DNA from: Eledone cirrhosa
Lineage: Eukaryota
Assembly: GCA_964016885.1 (NCBI GenBank)
Contig: OZ024747.1
Span: forward strand, 29,016,001-29,080,000
DNA: 64,000 nucleotides
Direction of reading: 5' to 3'
In this document: positions 48,601-60,396 of the stretch, piece by piece
How the letters are laid out: every line of letters starts with the position of its first letter
Position numbering within the stretch: the stretch's first letter is position 1
Made by a program: the position numbers and the translations under genes
Notes under the pieces: generated by a model
Told to the model about the DNA's origin: nothing
Database searches by the model: none
What the model saw: the letters and a program-made list of their open reading frames with translations, nothing else

Positions 48601-51600
48601 TGAATCAATTGTAAGAATTAAACTATGTAAAACTTATTTCTATCAGCTTAATTTGTTTTATATGCTCTGTATATAAATGGCAACATTTCCTCTAACCATT
48701 AAACATCTACTCACTATATTTCTATCTGTATAAACACATTGAGCTTAAATCTTCTCAATCGCATCTTCAAGTAACTACATTTTTTTTCTTATTTATTACT
48801 ATTTAAAAAAAATATATATGTAAGAATATCTATGCATGTGTGCTGTATATGTATATAAATGCATATATATTGTATGTGTGTATAAATCTACAGATATCTG
48901 TATGTCTGTACATATTTGATACAACCTTATAGTTCTTACTTGTGTTATATATATATATATGGGCAGTGGATTAGCAGTATCGGTAGAGGGTCGGACGCCA
49001 TGCTTTCCAGCATAGTTACGTCCCTTTACGATCTGATTTCAAATCCCGCCGAGGTTGACTTTGCCTTTCATCCTTACGGGGTCGATAAAATAAAGTACCA
49101 GTAATGCACTGGGTAATTTCTGGCCTTGTGCCTAAAGTAGAAACAGTTATATATATATATGTATATATATATATAATCATCATCATATATTTTCTGTTAA
49201 TTACATGGATTGCCCCCTTTCTATTTTTTCCTCAGGTGGTGATGATCTTGATTCTGTGCTGCTTGGAATTAAATCAAGGACACGAGAATGTGTATATTCT
49301 GGCAAGAAGACAGTATTAAAAGGTAACTGATTTCATTATCACTCTCTCTATTCTCATTTCCCTTATATATAGCCTCATGTTGTTTCATTTATATATACCC
49401 GGCATTCATTAGATGCATATACACTCTGCGGCGACAGGTATACACAGTTCTGTGAGAGGCTGAAGAAAGTAAATTTGCCAATGTCTTGAGACGTGAGGAT
49501 GTGAAGTGTTCCTTATTGCAAGGCAGTGAGCTAGTGTAAATCGAGATGTTAGGGAAAAATGTGTCAGAAATGATGCTGGTGCACTTAGCACCACTAATAG
49601 GCAGAAGAAAGAGGCCTGGAAATGTTACTATGAGAGATTGATGAATATAGATAATGAATGGGAGGGAGAGAAACTACCTCCAACTTACCCAAAGGAAGGA
49701 CCAGCTATTGAAGTTGACAGTTTTAGGATTAAAGATGCAATCAAGGAGATGAAGAACGGTAAAGCTGCAGGACCATCAAAAATAGTTGCTGAGATGCTAA
49801 AAACATTGGGAGAGGTAGGAGTCAAACTAGTAACCTGTATAGTAAATCAAGTAATACATGGCAGGTTCAAACCCAATGACTGGTGCAGCAGTACAGTCAT
49901 AAATTGCTACAAGGGCAAAGGTGATGCTCTAGAAAGGAGCAACTGTAGAGGAATAAAACTAATGGACCAAGTTATGAAAGTGTTATAATGCAGCTAATTA
50001 GGGAAAGTGTCAAAATTGATGAGATGCAGTTTGGTTTCATGCCTGGGAAAAGTACTACAGTGGTTCTCTTCTTAGTGAGGCAACTACAAGAGAAGTTCCT
50101 ATCCATAAAATAAACCACTATATTTAGTTTTTGTTGTCCTGTTAGATGGCTATTTTGGTGCCACAATAAAAAACAAATAGTTAACAGTGTAATAGGGTTG
50201 GTGTTAGGAAGGGTTTCCAGCTGTAGAAACCAAACCAAAATACAGATCTGTATGAGCAAGAAATGGTCACCTAACTTGAATTGTCTCATAATGCGACAAC
50301 TTGGCTAACCCCTTGCAAGTTTGGGAAATTAGATGTTAAACGGCGATGACATACCCTCTTCTTGTTGCACTGATATATATCCTACATTCATTATACTTAT
50401 ATATACTCTGCCCTCATCTCTTTATATATAACCTCATGCTGTTTTACTAATATATACACTGTATTGATTTTACTTATAAACACTCTGCTTTCATTTCACT
50501 TAAACATAGCTTGCATTTATCTTATACTCAATAGTACATTTGACTTTTCATGATAATATATGGCATAACATGCAGTACATGGTATATTAAAAAGACAGTG
50601 TTTTACATTAGAATAACCCTCTGTATATTGATGTGTACATATGTAATTGTGTTTGTAAGGTCTGCCAAAAGACATGTTGGACTCTTAAAGAATTAAGATT
50701 CTTTTTAATAATTAGTGATAGCCTTCCTTAGACACCAGTGGACAGCTTTCATACATATGTATAGGGAGAGTGTGCGTGTGTGTGTGTGTGTGAGAGAGAG
50801 ATGTGATATTTTATTACTAGTAACAGCAATAGCATTGAATGTATTTAATTTTTGGAGTCCAGGATTGGTATGCCATAAATACCAGGATTACTGGGTTTAT
50901 AAACAATCATCCAAACAGGGAAATTTATATTTTGATAAGTCAATGGTTAACATAAGAGAAAGTTTACATTGATTACTAACCCTCGAAAGTGATTAAAGAT
51001 AAGATTATTTTAATAATTTATTTCTAGGATATATTTAACAGTCTATCCTCTAAAAGCCATATATTGTCTTACACTGTTGTACTATCTCTATATTGTGCCT
51101 ATATTCTATTCAACTTCTGTTCTCTAAAACACATATATTGTCTCCTCTTACAGAAGTACCATCATTATTTTCTGCCTGTATCCAAGTCCTAATTGAAAAT
51201 ATCGAAAGTAAGAAATCTTTGGTTTTTGTTGGAAATTGAAAATGCTTTATATTTTACTTCCTTTTAATCAATTCCATTTATTTACTCATCCAAACACATT
51301 TACACACATATATACATACACACAACCACATAATGCACTCATATACACACACATATACAACCAGATACTTGCACACATATACACAATCACATGCACGCAT
51401 GCACATGCTCATACACACACACACACAACCCAGCATGAATAGTAAATGTAAACTGACAATGGTGATATGGCTGTGTTTGTGTTTATATTCATTGGGTGAG
51501 CTGGTGTGTTGAGTTACATAACTTAACTATTTGATAAATAGACATAGATAAAATAACTAGGAGCAGAATGTACTCAGAATGGTGTGATTGATTAAAATCT

Positions 51601-54600
51601 CCTGAAGACAGTGCTCCAACATGGCCACAATCCAGTAACTGAAAGCAGGAAAAGAGTAAGTTAATTTGTAAAATGGTTGGTGTTAGGAAGCGCATCCAGC
51701 TGTAAATATCATCTTAACCCTTTAGCATTTAAACCGGCCATATCCGGCCAGAATTCTCTCAACTCTTTCTGTTCAAACTGGTCATAACCGGCCGCTCAAA
51801 CTGATGTTAAGGTATTGTTCTCAAAATAAATAACATAAAAATCTCATAGATTCAATATTATGTGAGATAATTATGTAAGATAAAGCCTTTATCACAAAAA
51901 TACAACAGTATATATAGAGTAACGTAAATGCTAAAGTGTTAAATATGGAACATGTGAGCAAGATGTGGTTCTCTAACTGCTCTAATCTCTGACCATAACA
52001 ACCCATCCAACCCATAACAACATGGCAACTGGATGTAAAATGACAATGATAGAATTCTTTTTAACCTTTTTGATACCACATTACTTGTAACTGCTCCTAG
52101 TTCTATGATACAAAGCTGTTTATTTTAAAGTGTTTTATATCTATCTAAAAACTTTCCATCCTAATTTTATGTAAGAACCTTTAAGTTACATTCTAAACAT
52201 CAGCTTAATGCTAAAGTTACTTACATTACTAAATCTTTCTAAAGTTTTTATTATTATTTTAAAACCATATTCAATGTATTTTATTAGAAATATGGTAACA
52301 AAAAAGTGTTAAAGTTTTGATTCTGTTTTCAATTTCTCTGATGTGTTTATTTTTCTCGCGGCAGGTCTTGAATATGTTGGTGGAATACCATTTCACATCC
52401 TTCACCCAGTTCTTGAACGATGTACTGTATCTCAACTTTATACCTTAGAAGACTATAACCCGGTAACAACAACAGATTTTCTTCTACACTCATTACCTTT
52501 TTCTCGTAACAAACTGCCTGAAACTGCTCCTGGTTCTACAATACAAAACTGTTTGTGTGTTGATACACACATATAGGCACAGGAATGGATGTGTGGTTAA
52601 AAAAATTGCTACTGAACCACGTGGTTTCCAGTTTACATCCACTGCATGCCATCTTGAGCAAGTGTCTTCAACTATTGCTTCAAGTTGACTAATGCCTTCT
52701 GAATGAATTTAGTAGATGGGAACTGTAAGGAAGACTGTTACTGTCAACATCATCACCCGTGCTAGCGTGGAAGAATGAACGTAAAACGGTGATGATGATG
52801 ATCAGGTTCTGAGAATTGACAGGTCAGATGACCATATCCTGCTCATATATTTGTCATGGTTTCTATGTCTAGATGCTCTTCCTAATGCCAACCACCAGTG
52901 TGTACTGGGTATATTTTATGACACTAGCACTACCACTTTACAGAGTGGTTTGGGTGCATTTTATTTTGGCATCAGTGCCAGCATTTGCAGAGTGCACTGG
53001 ATGTGTTCCAGTGTGGCACTAAACACTAAGAGGATCATTAGGTGGGAAAAGTGAGTAATGGTAAAGATGTGAGATGAGAGCGTAATGGAAGTGACAACTA
53101 CATGTTGTTTGCTCAGAGAGCTATCATTCAAGGGAGGAAAGAGAGCGAGAGTGGATGCCAGGTTTTGGAGTTTGCATTCAAGCGACAGAGTGATTGGCAG
53201 TTCAGTGTGGGCTATGGGAGAAAAGTGGGGAGAAGTGCCAAAATAGTCCTCTTTTTATGTGTGATTAACATCACATTTAGATAATAATGATGTGAATAGG
53301 GAGAGGCATGACCAAAGTGTGAGGAGGGTCAAGTGGGAGAGGGACCTAAATACTTAGATGTCTCAACCTCTACACTATGATCCTCCCTAGGTATGTCACA
53401 TCCTACTTACAGGAGAGGGTTGTCTTTTGTAGTATAGCAAATCAACTGTCAACTCAATCTTGTGTCATCTCAATCTTGTCTCATCTCAATACCAGTATGG
53501 AAAGTGGACATAAAATTACGATGATGATGATACATGTGTGTATGTGTTATAGGGCAGGCATGTCAAACTGAGGGTCCCCCGAGGGCCACATGGGTCACAT
53601 ATGTGTTGTCTGAGGGCCACATATGACAACTAATTGCACACATTACAACTAATTTAAAAAATTTTATATTACGAAGATAAGACATGCTCGCGCTGTAAAA
53701 ACCATTGTGCCGGCCGCAGCTGTGCTTGTAAAGGGCTGCAGGCCGCACGTTTGTCATGCCTGTTATAAGGAGTTCATGTGAATGTGTGAATATCCTTTGC
53801 CACCACCACCACTAGCAACAGCAGCAACAATATCACTCACTACTTCTGCTATCACCACCACCACCACTATTTAATGTCTCCATATCTTTTTACTTCTAGC
53901 ACTTCCTTGAAGACTCCGACAAACTATGGAAAATACATTGCCAGAGGGATTTCCGTGGTTTTGAACCAGATGAGATGGAATCCTGGAGAGAGATGTATTT
54001 GGTAAGAATATTTCTGTTAAAATATGTATCTTCTACTTCCCAGTTATGTGGTTAGCAGTAGGAGGGAGAGGTACCCAACTCTCTTTCATGAGCAGTTAGC
54101 AGTCAGGGGAGGTAAATCATTGAACTGTAGCAACAATTACTTCAGTTGTATTCTGTTTTTCTTTTTTCCAGAGAAAGTTTGATGAGCGTGAAGCGAAGTT
54201 TAAAGTGGTGAAGGCCAGTATCTCAGCTTCCATGTCTAAGGTGGTCCCAGGTAGGGGATTTTTGGATTTTCTGGTGTTTCTTTGATTTATAAATAAGTTA
54301 GAAGTGTAGTTAGTCACAAATTTGCAGAGTTGTTAGGGCATCAGATTAAAAAAGCTTCCATATTTGTTCCACCAAGCTGCATTCTGAGTTTAAATCCTGC
54401 TGAGGTCAACTTTACCTTTCATCCTTTGGTGGTCAATATATAAAGTACCAATGCAGTACTGGAGTTGGTTCTCTATCACTCATTATCACTTTCTCTCTTT
54501 CTCTGGAAGAAATTGGCTGTGTTCTAACATGGAGAGGGATGAACTTCATCAGGTTTAAAATGCCAAAGTCAAACCATTAGTCAGAACAGCACCCTACGAC

Positions 54601-57600
54601 TCCAAGACTTAACGGTTCTATCCAGAGGGGAAGGGAGGAAATGGTAGCAATGTCCTCAGTAGAATCTCTTCCCTCTCTAGATTGGAGAGATTGATGTGGT
54701 ATGATGGCTAACCTGGTCTTTGATGTGGTTGAGCTTAACTCTCATTGATTCTATAGTGCTGTGAGTACTTTCAATCTTATGGAACCTGTTTATAGCTCAG
54801 TGAACTGGGCCAATTGACAATTAAATGTCTTGGCTACATCCATAACACACATATGAATTAGCAGTCGCTTGCTTGCTTCTATGATATTCTATCTCTTCTG
54901 TTATCTCTAGCGTAATGGCTGAGAGACCAACATTGTTGTTTTCCAACAACCCTAGGTCTTCCAATTTCCACACACTAAGGCCGTGTCTCCACAATAACAA
55001 AAAAACACTTGTATGCATGTACTCCAATCGAACTACAATATTCTCACATACAAATTGATACAAATTAGATCTCAGTATCTTTTCAAACTCATTCTGTTCT
55101 AAAGCCAAGTGTTCTTTCCCACACATATAATAACAGAGACACAGATAAAACCCAGTTTCCTCACACACACAGACATTGACTGAGACAGATAAAACCCAGT
55201 ATTCTATCACACATAGACAATAACAGAGATAGATAAAACCCAGTGTTCTCTCACGCACAGGCAATAACAGAGACACAGGTAAAACCCAGTGTTCTATCAC
55301 ACAGACAATAACAGGCACAGATAAAACCCAGTGTTCTATCACACAGACAATAACAGACACACATAAAGCCTTGTATTCTCTCACCCACAAACAGTAACAG
55401 GCACTGATAAAACCCAGTGTTCTCTCACACACAGACAATAACAAGACAAATAAAATCCAGCGTTTGTCCACTTAGCTATTATATGACTGTCATCTGCTTT
55501 TCTTTGAAAGTAAAAAGTGGATTGTCTTCCCCTAGATTGTCTACCTTACTTCTTCCATCTAACACACAAATGGACCTCTGTTGCTTACGAAAATGAGTGT
55601 TCCAGCTGTTTGATCAAAAGAAGAACTTATTTGTGAATTAACGTGTAAGTGGCTGAGCATTCCACAGATATGTGTACCCTTCATGTAATTCAGCATGACA
55701 CTGTTTAACAAGGCTGGCCTTTTGAATTCCAGGTAAACTATCTGACAGGCTTCGAATCAGTTTCTATTCACCCAATTTCACCTCCAAGGCATGGTTCGAC
55801 CCAAGCTATGTTACATGACACTTCTCCCAGATGCCACGCAATGGGATCAAACCTGGGATCTAATGATTGTGAAGCAAACCTCTTCAACACTACATTACAT
55901 ACACACACACACTCACACTCACTGACATACATACACATACACTGAGAAACATGCATACGCGCACACACACACACAGACACACATCTTCCTCAAATTCCTG
56001 CACTAAAAACTTTGATCAATCTCCCCCCCCCCCTCAGTACTTTTCTCTGAAGCTAATCTTCCTACCTTCTTACGTTACATGTTTCACTGCTAATTGGCCA
56101 TTCATTACAAATACACTCACCCTTATGTCCACAAAGAGAGCTATAGTCAAATGCTATTTATACCAATCACAAAACAAAACTTAACTGAAATGGCTAGTCT
56201 AATGTGTATATAGTGCAATGTGATATTTTTAAAAGAGAAACCTAATTTCTCAATGATGATGATGGTCAATTTAGTTTCTTTGTTTCTTTGGTGTTTTGTT
56301 TAGAGAGGACAGTGAAGATGGCGTTTGTAGAGGCTCCAGCAAAACCCCCACGAGAAGTTCGTCGTAAGCAGCTGAAATATGGAACAGGGACCATCACCAA
56401 AGATACTCTAGGCCCATACCGTACATATAAACCAGTTAATAAACATATGACATCTACTGCTGCCTCCAGTTCCTCCTCTACCTCCTCTTCTTCATCAGGT
56501 TTTTCCTCAGGAAGAATACAGGTTTCTCAACAACATCGCTGTAAGTTGATCTTTATGTTTTCTATTTTGGATAGTAGACCTTGTCCTTTGGTGGTAAACT
56601 CAACACTACCACATGGTCCCTAGTATAGGGACCATGTGGTAGTGTTGAGTTATGGCCCTTTGCGTTCTGAGTTCAAATCCCGCTGAGGTTAGCTTTGCCT
56701 TTCATCCTTACGGATGAAATTGTAGCTTGGGGAGATTGTAGGCATAGGTAATAGGGGAGGGATGGATACTGCAAAGGGAGGTGTATGGGAGGGGAGAAGG
56801 TAGAGGAAGGTGTTTCCTATTAGATATATGCCTCAGCTCAAGCATATGGGAGGGCGGGTCTTCTGTAGTACTGCAAAGTGCCAGTGGTCATGGCCCTGTG
56901 TCATTGCCTTGGTGAGGTGTAATTGTGAAAGGTCAGCTTTTATTACCTCAAACCAAGTCTTAGGCCTGCCCACTCCATGGTTACCATCAACTTTGAGCGC
57001 TCTGCACCTTTTTATACAGTTGTCATCCTTCATGCACATCACATATCCATACCAATGCAATCTCCTCTCCTGCACGCAACAACTGATTCCTCTTATCCTC
57101 TTACGCCTAATTTCTCATGTAATACATTTATACTTTGCCGTTCATCATCGTTTAACGTCTATCTTCCACGCTAGCATGGGAATTGTTCCATTTGAGGTAA
57201 GATTGGTCGGGTGACCGTGTCTCGCTCGTATAAGACTATCTGGCAGGTTTTCTATGGTTGGATACCCTTCCTAACACCAACCACATTTACCGTGTTACCT
57301 ACACGACCACATTACAGCATGGACTGTGTTTTTTTCCCCCTCCCTTTTCTCCCCCCCCCCCCCCCCCCCTCCTGTCTTTTTTTTTCTTTCTCCCTCTTTA
57401 TTTTTTTTTTCATGTATATTGCTATTGCACATCCAGCAAAGCATGGATGCTTCATTTCTTTCCAATCTTCGCAGGTCCTCAGCACACAGTGCTCAGGTCT
57501 TGCTGCTGTGCAATAATGTAGATAAATATATGTTCTTTAGTTTATAAAACATATTTTACATTTGTGTATATCATGTGTGTGCATCTTTTCATTTCAGCGA

Positions 57601-57665
57601 CAAAAGTCATTGCACCAATGATGCAGAAAACAATGAAAATGATCAAGAAAATGCAGAGAAGATAA
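40501..57665 (+). CDS. ELOA: Elongin A (RNA polymerase II elongation factor SIII subunit A), 571 aa: join(40501..40575,43772..43828,44837..45583,46679..46790,49236..49322,51154..51207,52365..52462,53900..54001,54172..54250,56304..56540,57598..57665)
   Basis: Eleven gt/ag exons total 1716 nt in one frame. TFIIS-N domain ([21 protein letters not shown]...WK), [15 protein letters not shown]-box ([11 protein letters not shown]), [27 protein letters not shown]...[10 protein letters not shown] and terminal IAPMMQKT. Confidence 0.95.
41306..41373 (+). ncRNA. Type-I hammerhead ribozyme motif within a Penelope-like relic (~41090-41430)
   Basis: ccttgt CTGACGA [imperfect stem II] GAAA cc-tcc-gg TA atgagg: stem I ccttgt/atgagg, stem III acc/ggt, GUA triplet. 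Confidence 0.55.
42230..42990 (+). mobile_element. Decayed RTE-clade RT fragment
   Basis: LEKTFDRIP...[21 protein letters not shown] and [14 protein letters not shown]...KGRLYDAC fragments. Confidence 0.6.
43772..43828 (+). CDS. ELOA: ELOA exon 2
   Basis: cattatag acceptor, gtaaga donor; [19 protein letters not shown]. Confidence 0.9.
44837..45583 (+). CDS. ELOA: ELOA exon 3 (end of TFIIS-N, Ser/Lys-rich linker)
   Basis: cacaag acceptor, gtaagt donor; [30 protein letters not shown]...SFEDFLNYD...PSKE. Confidence 0.93.
46679..46790 (+). CDS. ELOA: ELOA exon 4
   Basis: ttctttcag acceptor, gtaagt donor; [23 protein letters not shown]... Confidence 0.88.
47120..47780 (-). mobile_element. Decayed RTE-clade LINE 3' part
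   Basis: Minus-strand [10 protein letters not shown]...EMK...CWYEHMM fragments with a (gat)n tail. Confidence 0.6.
49236..49322 (+). CDS. ELOA: ELOA exon 5
   Basis: ttttttcctcag acceptor, gtaact donor; [28 protein letters not shown]. Confidence 0.9.
49410..50070 (+). mobile_element. RTE-clade LINE fragment (pre-RT and RT N-terminus)
   Basis: [22 protein letters not shown]...[25 protein letters not shown]...[10 protein letters not shown]. Confidence 0.8.
51154..51207 (+). CDS. ELOA: ELOA exon 6 (BC-box)
   Basis: ctcttacag acceptor, gtaaga donor; [18 protein letters not shown]. Confidence 0.92.
51718..51938. mobile_element. piggyBac-type MITE
   Basis: TTAA-CCCTTTAGCATTT ... AAATGCTAAAGTG-TTAA; same family as 59257-59467, ~2026-2196 and ~15737-15928. 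Confidence 0.8.
52365..52462 (+). CDS. ELOA: ELOA exon 7
   Basis: gcggcag acceptor, gtaaca donor; [32 protein letters not shown]. Confidence 0.93.
53555..53762. mobile_element. hAT (Charlie/Buster-type) MITE
   Basis: TIRs CAGGCATGTCAAAC and GTTTGTCATGCCTG; 8-bp flanks ttataggg and ttataagg with central TA. Confidence 0.8.
53900..54001 (+). CDS. ELOA: ELOA exon 8
   Basis: tacttctag acceptor, gtaaga donor; [34 protein letters not shown]. Confidence 0.94.
54172..54250 (+). CDS. ELOA: ELOA exon 9
   Basis: cttttttccag acceptor, gtaggg donor; [26 protein letters not shown]. Confidence 0.9.
55115..55470. repeat. ~43-bp tandem repeat, about 8 units
   Basis: acagacaataacag...agataaaacccagtgttctMtcacac recurs. 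Confidence 0.85.
56304..56540 (+). CDS. ELOA: ELOA exon 10
   Basis: ttttgtttag acceptor, gtaagt donor; [28 protein letters not shown]...QQHR. Confidence 0.93.
56597..56651. repeat. Perfect 26-bp inverted repeat with a 3-nt loop
   Basis: aactcaacactaccacatggtcccta-gta-tagggaccatgtggtagtgttgagtt. Confidence 0.95.
56830..57110 (-). mobile_element. RTE-clade LINE ORF2 C-terminal fragment
   Basis: [23 protein letters not shown]...GRPKTW. Confidence 0.75.
57598..57665 (+). CDS. ELOA: ELOA terminal exon
   Basis: tttcatttcag acceptor; [21 protein letters not shown]. Confidence 0.92.
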
Positions 57666-58789
57666 AGAAAAGGAAATTTCCTTCTTTAAGAACAATGGAT
57701 TCCACGAAATATTTTTACCCTTATCTTTTTTTTTTTAGTTTTTATTTTCCTTCTCACTCCACATTCCCCTCTCAACCCTCTTCAAATCCCTCGTCACGTT
57801 TAATTTATCATTTAATCTAATTTATGTAATTTAATTTCTTTTTTTTTGTAATTTCTATATAAAAGTATAATAATAATAATAATGAGAATACTAATAATAA
57901 CATTTTTCTTATTTAAAAAAATATCAGATTTATTTCGTTTTCAAAATGGAACATTTGAAAATAGATTTCATTTTAAAAACACATTTTTTTTTCCTTGTTT
58001 TAAAAAAACTACAAGTACCTTGAAAGGATTATTTAGTGCATCCTTTTAACTATAATCCGAGACCCTTTAAACACAAGTTATTTTTTGGTGGACCTGCTTT
58101 AAATTATCATTATTGGTGGTGAATTGGTTGAGTCATTAGGGCTTGGTATTTGCTCCAGCTCTCTGCACTCCGAGTTCAAACTCCACCAAGGTCAACTTTG
58201 CCCTTCAGCCTTTTTAAGGTTGATAAATAAAGTGCCAGTCCAAGTTGGTGGATTAGCAAAATTGTTAAAGAGTTGGATGGGATGCTTTGCAGTATCTGAT
58301 CCTATTTGGTGCGTTTTGAGTTCAAATCCCACCTCCTTCTGCTAGAAGCTGTGATGGTAGATAGTATCAGCTATGGAAGGACCAATGGAAACATTTCCTT
58401 CATCCTGTCTAATGATCAGCTCCTTTCTTTTTTTTTTTTTATTATCATTATTGTTATGGGTGCTGTGGAATAAAGAAGAATTTAAGCTCCCAGCTAGGGC
58501 ATGTCATGTAGTTCTAAGTTCAATTCCTTGTTGGAGCCAATTTACCTTTCTTGTAATATTTCTGAGAAAAACATGAAAATCACTTCCTCCCCTTTCTCTG
58601 AAGGTTGTGGTCTTATGTTCTGAATTAGAAATGACTACCTTCATCATCATCATCATCGGCATCATCATCATCTATTATTGCCATCATCACCACCACCTTC
58701 GTCATCATTACCATAGCATCACCATTATTATCATCATCATTCCCACTGCCACCACCATCACCATCATCATCATCACCATCATTAGGACA

Positions 58790-59015
58790 GTGGATGGCAG
58801 AGTTAGTAGAACAGCGGTCAAAATAGTTTGCTGTGTTTAATTATATCCTTTTACGTTCTCAGTTCAAATCCTGTTGAGGTCAACTCTGCCTTTCATCCTT
58901 TTGGGAGTCAATAAAATAAAGTACCAGTCAAAGTACTGGGTTGATTTAATTGACCCCCCCCCCCCCCACCACCAAAAAAAAGAAAATTTACTGGCCGTGT
59001 GCCCAAAGTAGAAAT

Positions 59016-59055
<40 letters not shown>
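58790..59055 (+). mobile_element. SINE with (att)n tail
   Basis: gagttagtaga...agttcaaatcctgttgaggtcaactctgcctttcatcc...ataaagtaccagtc...ggccgtgtgcccaaagtagaaa-(att)n. Confidence 0.75.
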
Positions 59056-59058
<3 letters not shown>

Positions 59059-59256
59059 ATATGAAAACCAGTATCTATTTATTGTTTTACAATTACTTCA
59101 AGTGTGTATGGGTGTGCCGTGGTCTCTCAATCCATTTAGGAATGGCAGTAACTCTGAATAAGAACTGACTCAGACTGATGATCTATCCAACCTATGCCAT
59201 CATAAAAAAATTGATGTAAAATGATGATGATGGTGATGATGATGATTGACTCTTAA

Positions 59257-59467
59257 CCCTTTAGCATTTACATTACTCTATGTTTATTACTATATTTTCA
59301 TGGTAAAGGTTTTATCTCACACAATATGGAATCTATGAGATTTTGATGTTATTATTTATTTTGAGAACAATAACTTAATGTCAATATGAGTGGCCGGATA
59401 TGGCTGGTTTGAACAGAAAGAAGTGAGAGAATTTTGGCCGGATATGGCTGGTTTAAATGCTAAAGGG
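59257..59467. mobile_element. piggyBac-type MITE, intact ends
   Basis: TTAA-CCCTTTAGCATTTA ... TAAATGCTAAAGGG-TTAA. Confidence 0.88.
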
Positions 59468-60213
59468 TTAATGTCTAATTAGCTTTTACAACAAGTAGTT
59501 GTTTATCTATTCACTAAGATTTTCGGTAGTGCTGGTGCCCTGATAAAACACAAACATTCCACTTTGTAAAGTGGTAGTATTGGTACATGATCCAATGCAC
59601 CCAGTCCACTCTGCAAGTGTTAGATTTGGTATCATAACAAAAACCAACACCCAGTCCACTCTGCAAAGTGTTAGATTTGGTACCATAAAAAAAAAAAAAA
59701 TAAATACCCAGTCCACTTTCTAAAGTAGAATTGGTACCACAACAAAAAAAAACAAAAAACACCCAGTCCACTCTGTAAAGTAGTTGCACATCCAGCTGTA
59801 ATGAAATGTAATAAGCAAGATGAGATCACTTTAAACCATATGGTCTGTGACTGTGACATGTCCAACCCATGCTGTAGAAAGCAGATGTAAAAATGATGAT
59901 GATGATGATTTTCAATTGACAGGTTTGTTATAGTGTTAGATTAAATGCCTCACTATTTCTTCTGGTTCACTGTACTGTGTTCAAATCCTACTGGAGTCAA
60001 CTTTACTTTCACTTGTTAAAGAGTTAGATGGGATAGTTTGTTTTATCTGATCTGACTTTGAGTATTCTGCATTCAAATCCTGCCTCCTTCAGCCAAGAGT
60101 TATGACTGGCAAATAGTATCAGCAATGGAAATACTGATAGAAACATTTTTTTCTTGATTCGATATGACAATCGGCTCCATTCCTTTTTCTTCAATGTTAC
60201 TCTGAAATAGTGG

Positions 60214-60222
60214 CTTTTTCTT

Positions 60223-60259
<37 letters not shown>

Positions 60260-60396
60260 CTCTCGCTCTCTCTTTCTTTCTCTCTTTCTCTTCTCTTTTC
60301 TTTTCTTTTCTTTTTTCTCTTTTCTTTTCTTTTTTCTCTTCTTTTCTTTTTTCTCTTCTCTTCTTTTCTTTTTTCTCTTCTCTTCTCTTTTCTTTT
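60214..60396. repeat. Polypyrimidine (CT)n/(CTTTT)n tract
   Basis: Seen directly. Confidence 0.9.

Noticed and set aside
48961-49060. tRNA gene
   Set aside because: The A/B-box-like head runs into a SINE core and tail present in many copies, and I could not fold a full cloverleaf.
54821-55471. 216-aa hydrophobic minus-strand ORF
   Set aside because: More than half is a 43-bp tandem repeat; the rest is unrecognisable and antisense within an ELOA intron.
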